Shown here in pieces: positions 1 to 10,104 of a stretch of DNA of 64,000 nucleotides (within the stretch, counting starts at the first letter, position 1; each line of letters begins with the position of its first letter). The position numbers and the translations under genes are program-made. The DNA comes from Marsupella aquatica (lineage: Eukaryota > Plantae > Marchantiophyta): positions 14,201,934 through 14,265,933 of the forward strand of contig OZ316899.1 in the NCBI GenBank assembly GCA_973895155.1, read 5' to 3'. The notes beneath the pieces are model-generated. The model was not told where the DNA came from. It saw nothing but the letters and a program-made list of their open reading frames with translations, and searched no databases.

Positions 1-2538
1 TTTCCCTAAGCCGACGGATGACCTCGTCCTTCTTGCTTCTTTCCAAGGCCACCGCTTCTTCCAATTGGCGCTTCTCCAACATCTCCCTCTGGAAAAAGGG
101 TCCCTGCTCCAACTCCTCCCCAAATATGCTGAGCGCCAGTTCTCCACACATCTCCCCGTACTCCATGGCTCTGTCTTTAGCATAGTTGGAGGAAGTAGAA
201 GTCATCGGCATCATCCACCGCGGCCTCTGCTCCCAAGCCGTCTTGCGAATCTCTTCAATCGTGGCTAGAGGGTTTGCTTCCTTTTTTGGCTAGCCGCTTG
301 ATGTCCTCCGGCCAATCTCCTCCTGGAAAATCCTTTTCTCTAGCCAGGGCTGCCTCCTCTTCCTGCCTGATTCGCTCCTGAAATTCCTGCGCCGTCTATT
401 TTATGCCGTCAAAGCTCGGGGGAGCAACATCTGGTGGGGGAGACTCAGGGCTACTCTGCTGGTTGGGGTCCCCTCGTACTACCCTTGGAAGTGTGGGGAT
501 AAACCGGCCACAGGTCCTTACTCATGGAACGTGATGGTCCGACCCATAGCCGGAGTTATCATGGCTGCAATCCTCCACTGCCTCCTCTACTTCTTGGACT
601 TCCGGCTTCTCCCTCTCCTCTTTGGCCGTAGGAGCTTCAGGCAATTCTGCCTCAGATTCAGAGCTTGAGACTCCCACGTACATTCGAACACCCGGCTTGG
701 ATTCTGGCCTGATTCTCTCCTTGTCTCCAGTAAAGGGGTTTTCCCTTGTAAGCCGGTGTAGGCCTACCTCTGGAGCAGTGTCCTGCATTGTTGCCGTTGC
801 CATTGTCGTTGCCAATGCCGATCTCTTTTCTTTCTCCAGTAGTTTCAGCAGATTCTGCATGCCTGGTTGCTGCATCGGCAAGTCCTCCGTCCTTGGCCTA
901 AACACCTGCTCGATCGTAGGGCTAACAGGTGGTTGAGGCTTCTCTGCTACCGGCCTCGGTGCTGGAGCTTCCTCGGGTGCCCTTACCTGCAGGGGAAGTA
1001 CTAGGGCAAAGGTCTGACCTCTGGCATACCGGCACAACAGCGGCATGTGATAGCCAAGCCGCGACACGCTCCCCATGCCGATTACCTGTTGCTCCTCCTT
1101 TAAGATCTTCTTCAATTGGTTGAGGAGGTACCCGTTGTAGTCCCGGCTTGGGTCTGGCCTCTCTGCCAGATAGACCTGTGCCTTGCCGATCTCTGCCCTC
1201 GGCAAGTTACAGTGCATGGTCACCCGCAAGAAGTCGATCATCTCTCCTATGTGTGGGTTGGTGCAGGTGTTCCGGAAGAAGCCATTCTTCGTTGATGGCC
1301 CGGGGAACGACCGGAACTCCTTGTCAGGCAAGGTCTTCCTGGTATCAACTTTGGTCTTATTGCCTATCGGCAAGCCAAACACTTCGGCAATCACCTTGGG
1401 AGTAAGATAGAAATCCTTCCCATATATCCTCGTGCAATTGGTCTCGGGTTCCCATGACCCCACGAATTCTAATAGGTCTGAATCCGGCACCTCTGGCTTC
1501 AGCCATGGTAATCTTACAAAGGCCTCTAAGCCGGATCCGGCCATGAAGCCTTGGTACTTCTTGGTCTGCATGGCCGTATAACATGCATCCTCCTCCCGTG
1601 CAAAATGTAGTTGCACCTCCACCGGTAGGGTTGCCGCCCAGCCTTTCCAGGTGTCATCCCTGGTTGGAATGGCATTGATGGGATCGACCTCCTCCTCTTC
1701 GGCTTCTCCCTGCCTCTTGCTCTGCTGCTCGGCTGGCTTCCTTGGTGCCACCGACCTCGTTCTTTTTGCCGGGGTGGCTTCATCGTTGACGGCTCCCTTC
1801 CTCTTCATCTCTGCTGCCGTGGAGGTTTCTCCTAGCACCGTTGCCGGGGTCCACCTTTCCGTGCTACCCTTCAATTCCCAGTGTATGTCGTTGCAGTTCT
1901 TGATGGCCTCTCGAATGCCGATGATTCTGTCTTCATAAAACAGAAGATCGTCGAGCTGATTGGAAGTAGGAGTCCACAAGAACTCGGCGTTGATGAGTTT
2001 GCCTCCTAAGAAAGCCGTCTTCTGCAGCTCCCACAATCGAGCGAGCTCCTGCCATTCTCGAGCTGCCCTTTCTGATTCCTCGTCCTCGTAAGTCTTGATG
2101 TACTGAGTTGCCTGTTCGAACAGGCATCCCCAGAAATGTGCCGCTTGATTGACGTTGCTCATACCCTCCTTAGGTCGATCGTTGGTATTTACTCTCTCCC
2201 CGAGTGCTTGCCTAAGCAGCTGACAGTAGTTGGCCTCCCGTAGTCGTTTGCCTAGTTCATGCTCGCAAATGAGCCACCATCTCCTGCAAGCACTCCTTAC
2301 CCCTCTCCTCTTCCGGTCCTTCCTCCCATTGATCCTTCCTAGCCGCCGACGCTTAACGCGCCCTAACCCTAATCGAGTTTTCACCCCCAGCGTCCTTACC
2401 TCCGGCCTCGGCCCGGGTTCCATGGTCGCCCCTAATTGTTTATATTTTCCTTGTTTTGTCCCTATACTAAGGTGTTTCTAGGGTGCATTCATGCTTTATC
2501 CACTTAACTGGCCGAGTGATTCCTGGCTAGGCATCACA
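1..2538 (-). mobile_element. Terminal part (probable LTR) of a second retroelement, 'family B', inserted into the family A 5' LTR; runs off the window
   Basis: Family A LTR homology starts abruptly at 2539 (=12661 minus the 10122 offset). It is immediately preceded by ...GCATCACA, i.e. a TGTGATGC terminus on the minus strand. The other end and TSD (predicted GGGTA) are outside the window. Confidence 0.75.
522..2423 (-). CDS. Family B accessory protein (Transposase_32/PMD-like domain plus Pro-rich linker), homologue of the family A LTR ORF; probable true start 2162
   Basis: 633-aa ORF. LPW..EFVGSWEPETNCTRIYGKDFYLTPKVIAEVFGLPIG aligns with family A LPW..EFVKNYDDTRQHTRLRGRNMSLTEERLRMIFGLPEG. 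Broken coiled-coil coding sequence continues in 1-521. TATAAA at 2444-2439 is too close to ATG 2423, favouring MSNVNQ at 2162. Confidence 0.7.
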   Translation of the reverse strand: MEPGPRPEVRTLGVKTRLGLGRVKRRRLGRINGRKDRKRRGVRSACRRWWLICEHELGKRLREANYCQLLRQALGERVNTNDRPKEGMSNVNQAAHFWGCLFEQATQYIKTYEDEESERAAREWQELARLWELQKTAFLGGKLINAEFLWTPTSNQLDDLLFYEDRIIGIREAIKNCNDIHWELKGSTERWTPATVLGETSTAAEMKRKGAVNDEATPAKRTRSVAPRKPAEQQSKRQGEAEEEEVDPINAIPTRDDTWKGWAATLPVEVQLHFAREEDACYTAMQTKKYQGFMAGSGLEAFVRLPWLKPEVPDSDLLEFVGSWEPETNCTRIYGKDFYLTPKVIAEVFGLPIGNKTKVDTRKTLPDKEFRSFPGPSTKNGFFRNTCTNPHIGEMIDFLRVTMHCNLPRAEIGKAQVYLAERPDPSRDYNGYLLNQLKKILKEEQQVIGMGSVSRLGYHMPLLCRYARGQTFALVLPLQVRAPEEAPAPRPVAEKPQPPVSPTIEQVFRPRTEDLPMQQPGMQNLLKLLEKEKRSALATTMATATMQDTAPEVGLHRLTRENPFTGDKERIRPESKPGVRMYVGVSSSESEAELPEAPTAKEEREKPEVQEVEEAVEDCSHDNSGYGSDHHVP

Positions 2539-2763
2539 GGGTACTTCTTCAACGGAGACAAATATATCGGTTTCTGGGAAGCATTGCTTCGGCTTCCGGA
2601 CAAGGTCTTCAATATCTCGGGTACGATCAACTTGCAATGACATCACTTCGACCACATCCCTACTCAGGTTCGGGCTATCATCAACAACAAGTCCACCACT
2701 ACCCATTCAACAAGGTCGTTCGCACTTGCTTCAGAGAACTTCTACCAGCACCTGCAGAGCTTC

Positions 2764-4890
2764 ATGGGAACTAGACCCGCAACCACCGGCGCCAACCCAG
2801 TGGACCCCATACCCGTACCCGTACCAATGCAGACTCAGGCTCAGGCTCAGCTTCAGGCTCAGCTTCAGTCTCAGCCTCAGCCTAGCCAACCCCCACCGCC
2901 GATCGCCCCGCCAGCAGTACAAGTACGCTCCATCATCAACGCTGTGGACCTTAGCGACGACGACGAGGCTACCCCACCCTTGCTCAGGCGGCTCAGAGGA
3001 GTAAACACTCAGGGGGCCGACACTACATCGTCCCCTCCCCATGCTCGGACCCAAGGAGCGGCTCCAGCAGACAACACGGTGACCGTGGCCGCCCCGGGAC
3101 CAATACTAACGGCGGTAGTACTACCTATGCCCGATCGAGAGGATGGGGAGGTGTCACCTTCCCCGAGCCAGTCACGGGGGAAGAAGAGGAAGGAACCCGC
3201 CACTGCATCCGGGTTACCATTGGCCACGGTAGCCGTGGCCAAGGTAACAATGCACCGCATGGGGGAAAACATGCATAAGAACATCCTCCATCCCAAGCAT
3301 GCGGTGTACCTGAAGACTCAGGGATTCGAGCACCTCGCCGCTCTGCCTTGGAACACTTGCAGGTACTACGGGGAGGACATGACAGAATTTGTCAAGAATT
3401 ATGATGATACACGTCAGCATACTCGGCTGCGGGGAAGGAATATGTCCCTCACGGAAGAACGCCTCAGGATGATCTTCGGATTACCCGAAGGTGACCATCG
3501 AGTCGAATCACGGGCTCCCGGGGGCAAGGGAGCCAAGTACCAATCCTCAAGTTTTCCCTCGGAAGGAGCAGTGGACAACTGGTTTGTGATGAGGACCTGC
3601 CTCATCCCCGAGATAGCTGAGCGACTGGAGTTCCAGAGGTACGCCCTCCACATGATGGAACCCTGGGGGGAGATCTCCGCCGCCCAGGTTATCCAGGTCG
3701 AGAACTATCGACCTAGGAAGTGGGCGTCGTACTTCGCTAAGAAATTCCATGAAGAGATGGAGCGGCGAAGGAAGACGCTGTACATTGGCGGGAAGGCGTA
3801 TTTCGCTAGCCACATCGAGATCATTCTTGAGTGGTATGCTCGGTTTGATCGACGAACCCTTCCCCGTGTCAACGTTACAAAGCTGGTCCCAGCTAGGTGG
3901 GTTTTTCCGGCCTTGGAGAGACGGCCCCAACCCGAGGCCCGAAGTCCAGCGGACACGCCAGCTTCACCCACCCCACCTCCACAAGTAGCTGTAGTCGTAA
4001 CCGAGGAGGTACCGGATGGGTCGGTTGTCGCAACCATTGATGCGATCCAACAGGCCGGGCTAAGTACAAAAGTCGGTACGACGGAGGTCTTACCCGAGCC
4101 CGGGTCTCCCAAAGACCCACCGGTGGCTATTCTGGAGAACCGAACATTGCTGCAGGAGGACACTCCAGCCCCTTCCAACATTACATCCCCAGGGCTGGAC
4201 GTCACTGCCCCGGCCCCCGCGCGTGTTGACGTCTGCCCGTGCCCAACTCCGGACAGGCACAACCTGGACCACCCGGAACTCTTCGTACCGGGTACATTTC
4301 TGAACGGGCTTCTGGGAGATTTCTCTCATCAAATTGCCCGGGATACCGGGGAGTTCATGGCCCGGAAGGTAGCATGTTTCTTCAATCAGGAGTTAGTTGC
4401 CGCAGTAAAGGCAGGTCGGTCCCAGTCAGAGGCCCTTCAGAGGATAGAGCGGTACCGGGTGGAGTCCGTCTACTTAAAGAATGAAGTTGCAGCTCAAGAG
4501 GCTGAGCTTCTGCAACTACGACCCAAGGTTGCAGCCGCCGATGATTTGTTAGCAAAGGCGCACGCCCTTACCGCCCTAGCCGAGCAGGCCAAAGCTGGGA
4601 ACGAGGCCGAGATTGCACGACTCCGGAACCAGATTGACAGTTTGAAGAATCAAACTGTCATCTGGCAGAAGGACCTGGAGGAGGCCGAAGAACGGGCCCA
4701 GCGGGACACTACGGAGATAGCCACGCTGCAGGCCGAGGTGGCGCGGCTCCAAACCGAGGCCGAGAAGCAGGACCAGCTGGCGGGTAAACTGACGAGCGAC
4801 GCCCAGCAGCTAGAGGAGGCATGTCAGGAGGCAGCAGAGGAGACGGATGCGGCGAGGCGAGAGAACGAATCTCTGCTGGACCAGGTCTAG
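2764..4890 (+). CDS. LTR-encoded accessory protein, longest open stretch (708 aa): Pro/Gln-rich region, Transposase_32/PMD-like domain, C-terminal coiled coil
   Basis: ORF lies wholly inside the LTR. The ancestral frame extends to TAG at 4977; the stop at 4888 is CAG>TAG relative to the solo LTR copy. Confidence 0.8.
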   Translation: MGTRPATTGANPVDPIPVPVPMQTQAQAQLQAQLQSQPQPSQPPPPIAPPAVQVRSIINAVDLSDDDEATPPLLRRLRGVNTQGADTTSSPPHARTQGAAPADNTVTVAAPGPILTAVVLPMPDREDGEVSPSPSQSRGKKRKEPATASGLPLATVAVAKVTMHRMGENMHKNILHPKHAVYLKTQGFEHLAALPWNTCRYYGEDMTEFVKNYDDTRQHTRLRGRNMSLTEERLRMIFGLPEGDHRVESRAPGGKGAKYQSSSFPSEGAVDNWFVMRTCLIPEIAERLEFQRYALHMMEPWGEISAAQVIQVENYRPRKWASYFAKKFHEEMERRRKTLYIGGKAYFASHIEIILEWYARFDRRTLPRVNVTKLVPARWVFPALERRPQPEARSPADTPASPTPPPQVAVVVTEEVPDGSVVATIDAIQQAGLSTKVGTTEVLPEPGSPKDPPVAILENRTLLQEDTPAPSNITSPGLDVTAPAPARVDVCPCPTPDRHNLDHPELFVPGTFLNGLLGDFSHQIARDTGEFMARKVACFFNQELVAAVKAGRSQSEALQRIERYRVESVYLKNEVAAQEAELLQLRPKVAAADDLLAKAHALTALAEQAKAGNEAEIARLRNQIDSLKNQTVIWQKDLEEAEERAQRDTTEIATLQAEVARLQTEAEKQDQLAGKLTSDAQQLEEACQEAAEETDAARRENESLLDQV

Positions 4891-5192
4891 CTCCTCAAGG
4901 CGGACAATGACAGGCTTCGAAGGCAGCGGGATGGCCGCTCCCATTCGGGCGGCTCTGGCAAGCGTGCCAGGCATTAGCAGCGGAGCAGGAATAGATTAGG
5001 ATTAGGACTAGCTTAGTCAGGCTCTTGGGACAGGCACCTGCCTTAGGTACAGCAGCGCTGCCATGCTGTCCAGCCTGCGTAGATTAGGATCTTCTAATAA
5101 GACACAGCCGTTTTCCGGCCTGACTGTCAGCTTAGTTAGGACCTTAGTCAGCGAATCTTCGGCGAGAGGACACCCCGTCCCTCGGCCCTTAG

Positions 5193-5199
5193 TATTTAG
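5193..5199 (+). promoter_or_regulatory. Putative TATA-like box for genomic RNA (TATTTAG); second copy at 15315-15321
   Basis: Followed by GCACCCCTCGGTAGAGGCAGGGGG; a very similar motif follows TATATAGAG in the different LTR at 45115-45078 (minus). Confidence 0.5.
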
Positions 5200-5884
5200 T
5201 GCACCCCTCGGTAGAGGCAGGGGGTTTTTTAGTCTCAGAGTTGGACATCCGTGGTATGTGCGGGGAGTCCCGGCCTCTGGGAGTGAAAGAGTACCAAGGG
5301 GAGGGGGTAGGACTAAGCTCACCGGGCGAGTGCGGAGCCGGGCTCCATTGTAGTATACTCTCTCGGCCTTGAACCTGTTCATTCCGGAGCTATCAGGTCA
5401 ACCAAGTGTACGCACATGTCCCCTATGTAGTAAAATCCTTTCCCATTATTTCCTTCGTGTAAATCGAGATTGTATGCTTGTGCGTGTGTATGTGTGTGTG
5501 AATCTCGTGTATAGGTGACAACGCCGGGCCGAACGCACTATCCGAATCATGCACGAGGTGCAGCTTGCGGGGATGTGGTTGCGAGCACAGGTTGAGGACC
5601 TGTATCATGGAATCCGGATCAAAGGCGGACAACACGAAGGCTTAGAAGTTCTTAAGCCGGGGTCGATCCTGTTATCGACTAAGGTACGTTCCGGCGGCGG
5701 AACACAAACCATACCTAGGAGATGTCTGTATCTAACAGTAGGCGCACTTAGCGCTAGTTTACGTGAATTAGGTGCATTACGCGCTTCCCTCCCTGCCCGA
5801 ACCCTCAGATTTACGAGGGATGTGCCCGTCTAAGCTGAAGTCTGAGTTAAGGCCGAAGCCGACGATGTGACATAGCCTTTGTTT

Positions 5885-5902
5885 TGGCGCTAGATGGAGG
5901 GG
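5885..5902 (+). promoter_or_regulatory. Primer-binding site, tRNA-Asn(GUU)-like
   Basis: TGGCGCTAGATGGAGGGG is one mismatch from the complement of the plant tRNA-Asn 3' end as recalled (TGGCGCTAGAAGGAGGGG); it starts 12 nt after the LTR CA. Confidence 0.8.
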
Positions 5903-5995
5903 GCACTCTACATATCATAGAGGGGAGACATGTGCGTATTCACCTAGGCAGGATACATCAGGACGTAGTACTAACCATCGCATTTATATGAGTAA

Positions 5996-8692
5996 ATGCC
6001 CGTCACTCGTTCTCAAGCAGCTTACTTGAGGAGATTGACCAGCGAACGAGAAAGTGCAACCATGACAAGTTCCGATTCTTCGGGCTCGGAGGACTCGCAC
6101 TCGCCCCGACGTATGAACATACCCCCGGGACCTTCAGGGTCCTGTTCGACCGCACCTGCTGCGGTTCCTCTGCCACCACCACCACCACCGCCACCTCCAC
6201 CACCACCTATGGCAGCCGCTCCACCGATGGCCCGCGCTGCTCAAGCTCCTCCACAAATATCGCAACGATCGCGATTTCATTATCGACCTTTCAAGGGGCG
6301 TCATGGGGATGATCCAGATGAATGGTTGGATGAGTTTGAAGCCACTGCTAAAGCTAATGGGGAAGACGCCATTAAGCTAACCGTCCTCCCGGGAGTGATG
6401 CGGGGAGAAGCTCGTCCATGGTACAACTCGTTGCCACCCGGGACTACATGGGCACAATTCCAAGCTGCATTGCTGCAGGAGTTTTGTGCCATTGGATCAG
6501 AACAGCGTTCTCTATTAAAGATTGGCCAGCTTCGCATGGGAAAGAAGGAGTCCCTGCGGAAGTTGATTCATAAGTTTCAGAAACTTGCGACCAAGATCTG
6601 GCCCAGGCCGGGAGACGCGCTCCAGCTTACATGGTTCCTTCATGGTTTGCCCACGAATATGCAATTCTGGGTACGCCAGAATAATCCAATTTCAATGCAG
6701 GCGGCCATAGCGTGCGCCGAAACTTACCGGGAGTCCACCTATAACTCCCGGCGGAGCCAGCGAGCACGCCGCAAGAAGGGTAAGTACGAGACCTTCAGTG
6801 ACAATGACTTTGAATCGGACGACGAGAGGAAGAAGAAAGGCAAGAAGAAGAAACATCGTTCGACCTCGTCCAGCTCGGAGACGGAATCCAGTTCGGATTC
6901 AGCTTCAAGCATCGGATCCTCTACCTCCAGTTCATCAGGAAGTGACTCGGAGAGCGAAAGCCGGAGCAAAAAGAAGAAGAGACGAGTGAAGAAGGAGGGG
7001 AAGATCAAACCCCGGGCGCGAAGAACGATACCAGATCCAAAGGCTGCCGAAGCAGACAAGCTGAACGAAATCACGGATCGACTCAAAGCACTGTCAGTAC
7101 ATCTTGCGGAAAAGCCGGTGGAGAAGAAGAAGCCATCTGAGATTCGAGCCCATGCGTGGTGTTCAAAGTGCTTCCAATCCGGCCATGTGGTGCAGGAATG
7201 CCCAAGGTGGAAGAACCGAGTTCACCAAGTAGAGCTGGATGATGTTGACAACCCGGGTCCCGAATCGGAGTCCACGGAGTATTTCTTTGAGGACCCTCCT
7301 GATTCCGTGTACCAGATTTCAACGGTAGGTCCGCGTAATTTAGCGGGTAGAACTGCGTACCCCTACCCAAACAATGGCCGGAGTTTCCAGGTTATCAGTA
7401 ACCCGAGCATCCCTCCTAAGCCAGGGATTTGGCGATCCCCGGTTTGTTATAACTGTGAAAAGCCAGGACACTTTGCGAGGGAATGCACCAAACCAAGACG
7501 CCAGGGGGATGGCCGTGGCACGCCACTTTGTCAAGTCTGCAAAACGGAAGCTCATTCCACGGCCAACTGTCCATTGGTCATGGCCGCTCGAACAAATGCA
7601 GCAAGACCAGCCCAGGGCGGACCGACCACGAGTGATGCGGTCATCCAAATGATTGCGGTGGAATGGCAGGATGACAATACCGAGTGGGTGAATCTGGTGG
7701 ACGTGGCGGAACACCCTAATCCATCTGACGAGGCTGAGTGCTATCGTGTGTCAACAAGAGCTGAACGGAAGGAAGAGAAGCAGGAGGAGAAACGCAGGAA
7801 AAAGCAAGATACTACTCCGATGCAGCCAGTGATAGATATACCCCCGGAGAAGGACGATGACTACCGACGGGACGACTCGAAGCTATTTTTCCCCCGCATC
7901 GAAGAATTGGTAAAGAAACAGTTGGAGGCCTACGAAGCTCGGGAATACCAGAAGGCAATCGATAAGGACATCAAAGCAACCGAGATAGCCCGGCGACAGG
8001 AGCAAGAAAAGCAAGATAAGCAAGAGGAAGCCAAGCAGCAGCCGAAGGAAGAAAAGAAGGAGGACTATGATATTAAGGAGGACGTGAAGAGTTGCCCGGT
8101 TACAGCAACGGTAGGACAACTACTGCAAAACAATCCACAGTACAGACGGCAACTGAGGGAGTTGCTTACGGGTCGACAACGGAGACGACTACCCCAAGTT
8201 GGGACCGCGGATTGCAACATGATATGCGAGGACCTGGGAGCGCCGGACATCTCGATTGAAATTAATAATTGTACCATCAGGATGGTTCTTGTAGACGGAG
8301 GAGCGGGAGTCAACATCATGACGGAAGAGACGTCAGTCAAGTTAGGATACCTCACGTATCAACCCACAGCCCGAGCTATCAGATTAGCAAACGGGGCAAG
8401 GGTACTTCCATTGGGCACGCTTACACGGGTACTCACTCTGGTAGGAGGGGTGGAGTTCTATCTCAACTTCCTAGTCATGAGGCCGGTTCGGCCCTCCTCT
8501 TATCTGATCCTCCTAGGCAGGCCGTGGCTGTACGGTGGCCGTGTGGTCACGGATTGGGGAAAGAAGGAGCTACGGTTTGGGACACCCACCGTATATGGGT
8601 ATCATGGGCAATGGACGATTATCAGGGAGAAACCCCACAAGGACCCGAGGAATATGATTTGGAGACCTTGGAGGAAGAGGAACTCAATATGA
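5996..8692 (+). CDS. gag: Gag (capsid, three CCHC knuckles) and aspartic protease
   Basis: PFKG..DPDEWLDEFE capsid start; CSKCFQSGHVVQEC, CYNCEKPGHFAREC, CQVCKTEAHSTANC; protease VLVDGGAGVNIM and ILLGRPWL; frameshift near 8590. Confidence 0.93.
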   Translation: MPVTRSQAAYLRRLTSERESATMTSSDSSGSEDSHSPRRMNIPPGPSGSCSTAPAAVPLPPPPPPPPPPPPMAAAPPMARAAQAPPQISQRSRFHYRPFKGRHGDDPDEWLDEFEATAKANGEDAIKLTVLPGVMRGEARPWYNSLPPGTTWAQFQAALLQEFCAIGSEQRSLLKIGQLRMGKKESLRKLIHKFQKLATKIWPRPGDALQLTWFLHGLPTNMQFWVRQNNPISMQAAIACAETYRESTYNSRRSQRARRKKGKYETFSDNDFESDDERKKKGKKKKHRSTSSSSETESSSDSASSIGSSTSSSSGSDSESESRSKKKKRRVKKEGKIKPRARRTIPDPKAAEADKLNEITDRLKALSVHLAEKPVEKKKPSEIRAHAWCSKCFQSGHVVQECPRWKNRVHQVELDDVDNPGPESESTEYFFEDPPDSVYQISTVGPRNLAGRTAYPYPNNGRSFQVISNPSIPPKPGIWRSPVCYNCEKPGHFARECTKPRRQGDGRGTPLCQVCKTEAHSTANCPLVMAARTNAARPAQGGPTTSDAVIQMIAVEWQDDNTEWVNLVDVAEHPNPSDEAECYRVSTRAERKEEKQEEKRRKKQDTTPMQPVIDIPPEKDDDYRRDDSKLFFPRIEELVKKQLEAYEAREYQKAIDKDIKATEIARRQEQEKQDKQEEAKQQPKEEKKEDYDIKEDVKSCPVTATVGQLLQNNPQYRRQLRELLTGRQRRRLPQVGTADCNMICEDLGAPDISIEINNCTIRMVLVDGGAGVNIMTEETSVKLGYLTYQPTARAIRLANGARVLPLGTLTRVLTLVGGVEFYLNFLVMRPVRPSSYLILLGRPWLYGGRVVTDWGKKELRFGTPTVYGYHGQWTIIREKPHKDPRNMIWRPWRKRNSI

Positions 8693-8997
8693 TTGAACTC
8701 ATCTCGTCCCTGTCCGAGGAAGATGTCTTCAGAGTTGAAGCAACCCGCGAAACACATCTCCTAAATTACCCGAGGGCTGCCATTGAGTCCACCCCAAGCA
8801 CATCTACTGCCGGGGATGAGGAAACGCACGAACAACTCGTCGAGACGGAGGACACGGCTCCAGCTAAGCAGGGAGCCGAGGCTGCTTCTACCGTTGCAGA
8901 GCCTCGTGACCACGAACCAGCCCAACAACCGCCCGAGGCCGAAAACTCGAGACCGAGACATAAGAAATGAGTCTCATGGGATCCGTCCATTCCACAA

Positions 8998-10104
8998 TTG
9001 GAGGAAGTAACTCCAATCCCGAGACCAATCCCGGTTCCACCCATGTACGGAGAAGTTCGGTTAGCTGAGCTTGATGCGAGCCTGGACCCGAGCCTGCGAA
9101 ACCAGGTTGAAGTCATCAGGAAGGAGCACTACCGGAAGTACACCATTGGGATGGACAAATCTTTTAACCTGGGCCACGCTCTGACAGGGGAGGCTGAAAA
9201 ATCCATCCAAGCTTTGCTCAAGGAATATAAAGATGTGTTTGCATGGAGCCATCATGATTTAACAGGAGTCTCCCCCGAGTTAGAAGAACACACGATCGAT
9301 TTGAATCTGGGGGCCCATGCAGTACGGCAGCGACAATGTCGCATGAACCCAAGGTACTCCATCTTAGTGAAGGAGGAAATTGATCGTCTCCTCGCCGCAG
9401 ATATCATCTACCCGGTAATGGCCAGCGACTGGGTCTCTCCCATCGTCATTGTACCGAAAAAAGGAGGAACGGACGGAAAACCTAAGATCCGGATTTGTCA
9501 GGACTATCGTAAGCTGAACGACGCAACCCAAAAAGACCATTACCCGTTACCATTCACGGATATGGTTCTAGATATGGTAGCCCGAAATGAAATTTATACA
9601 TTCCTTGACGGGTATTCGGGTTATAACCAAATCTGGATTCGCCTCTCGGATCAGCTCAAAACAACGTTCACTATGGAATGGGGGACTTTCGCATTTCGGA
9701 GAATGCCGTTCGGATTGTGTAACGCTCCGACCATGTTTCAACGACTCATGATGAATATCTTCCATGACTTCCTACGGGAATTTCTGGAGATATTTATCGA
9801 CGACTTCGCCATCTTTGGAACTGTCGCCATGCACCCCGAACACCTAAGATGTACGTTCCAACGATGCCGAGAGGTTAACCTCAAACTACATCCCGCTAAA
9901 TGTTTTTTCGGGGTAGAGGAGGGAGTATTACTCGGGCATCGTGTGTCCAAACGGGGTATCGAGGTGGACCAAGAGAAGGTCGCGGCCTGGATGGCGGTGG
10001 TGTTTCCCGTAGATCAAAAAGCGGTACGATCCTTCTTGGGCTGTGTAGGGTATTACCGTCGGTTTATTAAAGACTTTGCTAAAATAGCGCTGCCCCTTGA
10101 CTGA
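8998..10104 (+). pseudogene. pol: Pol reverse transcriptase segment (stop at 8968, frameshift near 10100)
   Basis: WVSPIVIVPKKGG, DYRKLNDATQKDHYPLP, FLDGYSGYNQI, MPFGLCNAP, FIDD. Confidence 0.95.

Larger units (their letters stand above)
2539..5872 (+). repeat. Family A 5' LTR (first 686 bp displaced by the family B insertion)
   Basis: Near-identical to 12661-15994; ends ...GATGTGACA and is followed by the PBS. Confidence 0.95.

Noticed and set aside
2764-4890. LTR ORF as a retroviral env
   Set aside because: No signal peptide or transmembrane segment visible; basic NLS-like stretches and a coiled coil instead.
3009-5833. Recurrent short antisense or overlapping ORFs in each LTR copy
   Set aside because: Shadows of GC-rich repeated sequence; recurrence reflects DNA identity only.
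5885-5902. tRNA gene
   Set aside because: Only an 18-nt complement of a tRNA 3' end; no tRNA or rRNA gene recognised in the window.
8560-8700. Programmed gag-pol frameshift
   Set aside because: Shift lies after the protease with no slippery heptamer; other lesions (8968, ~10100) indicate decay.
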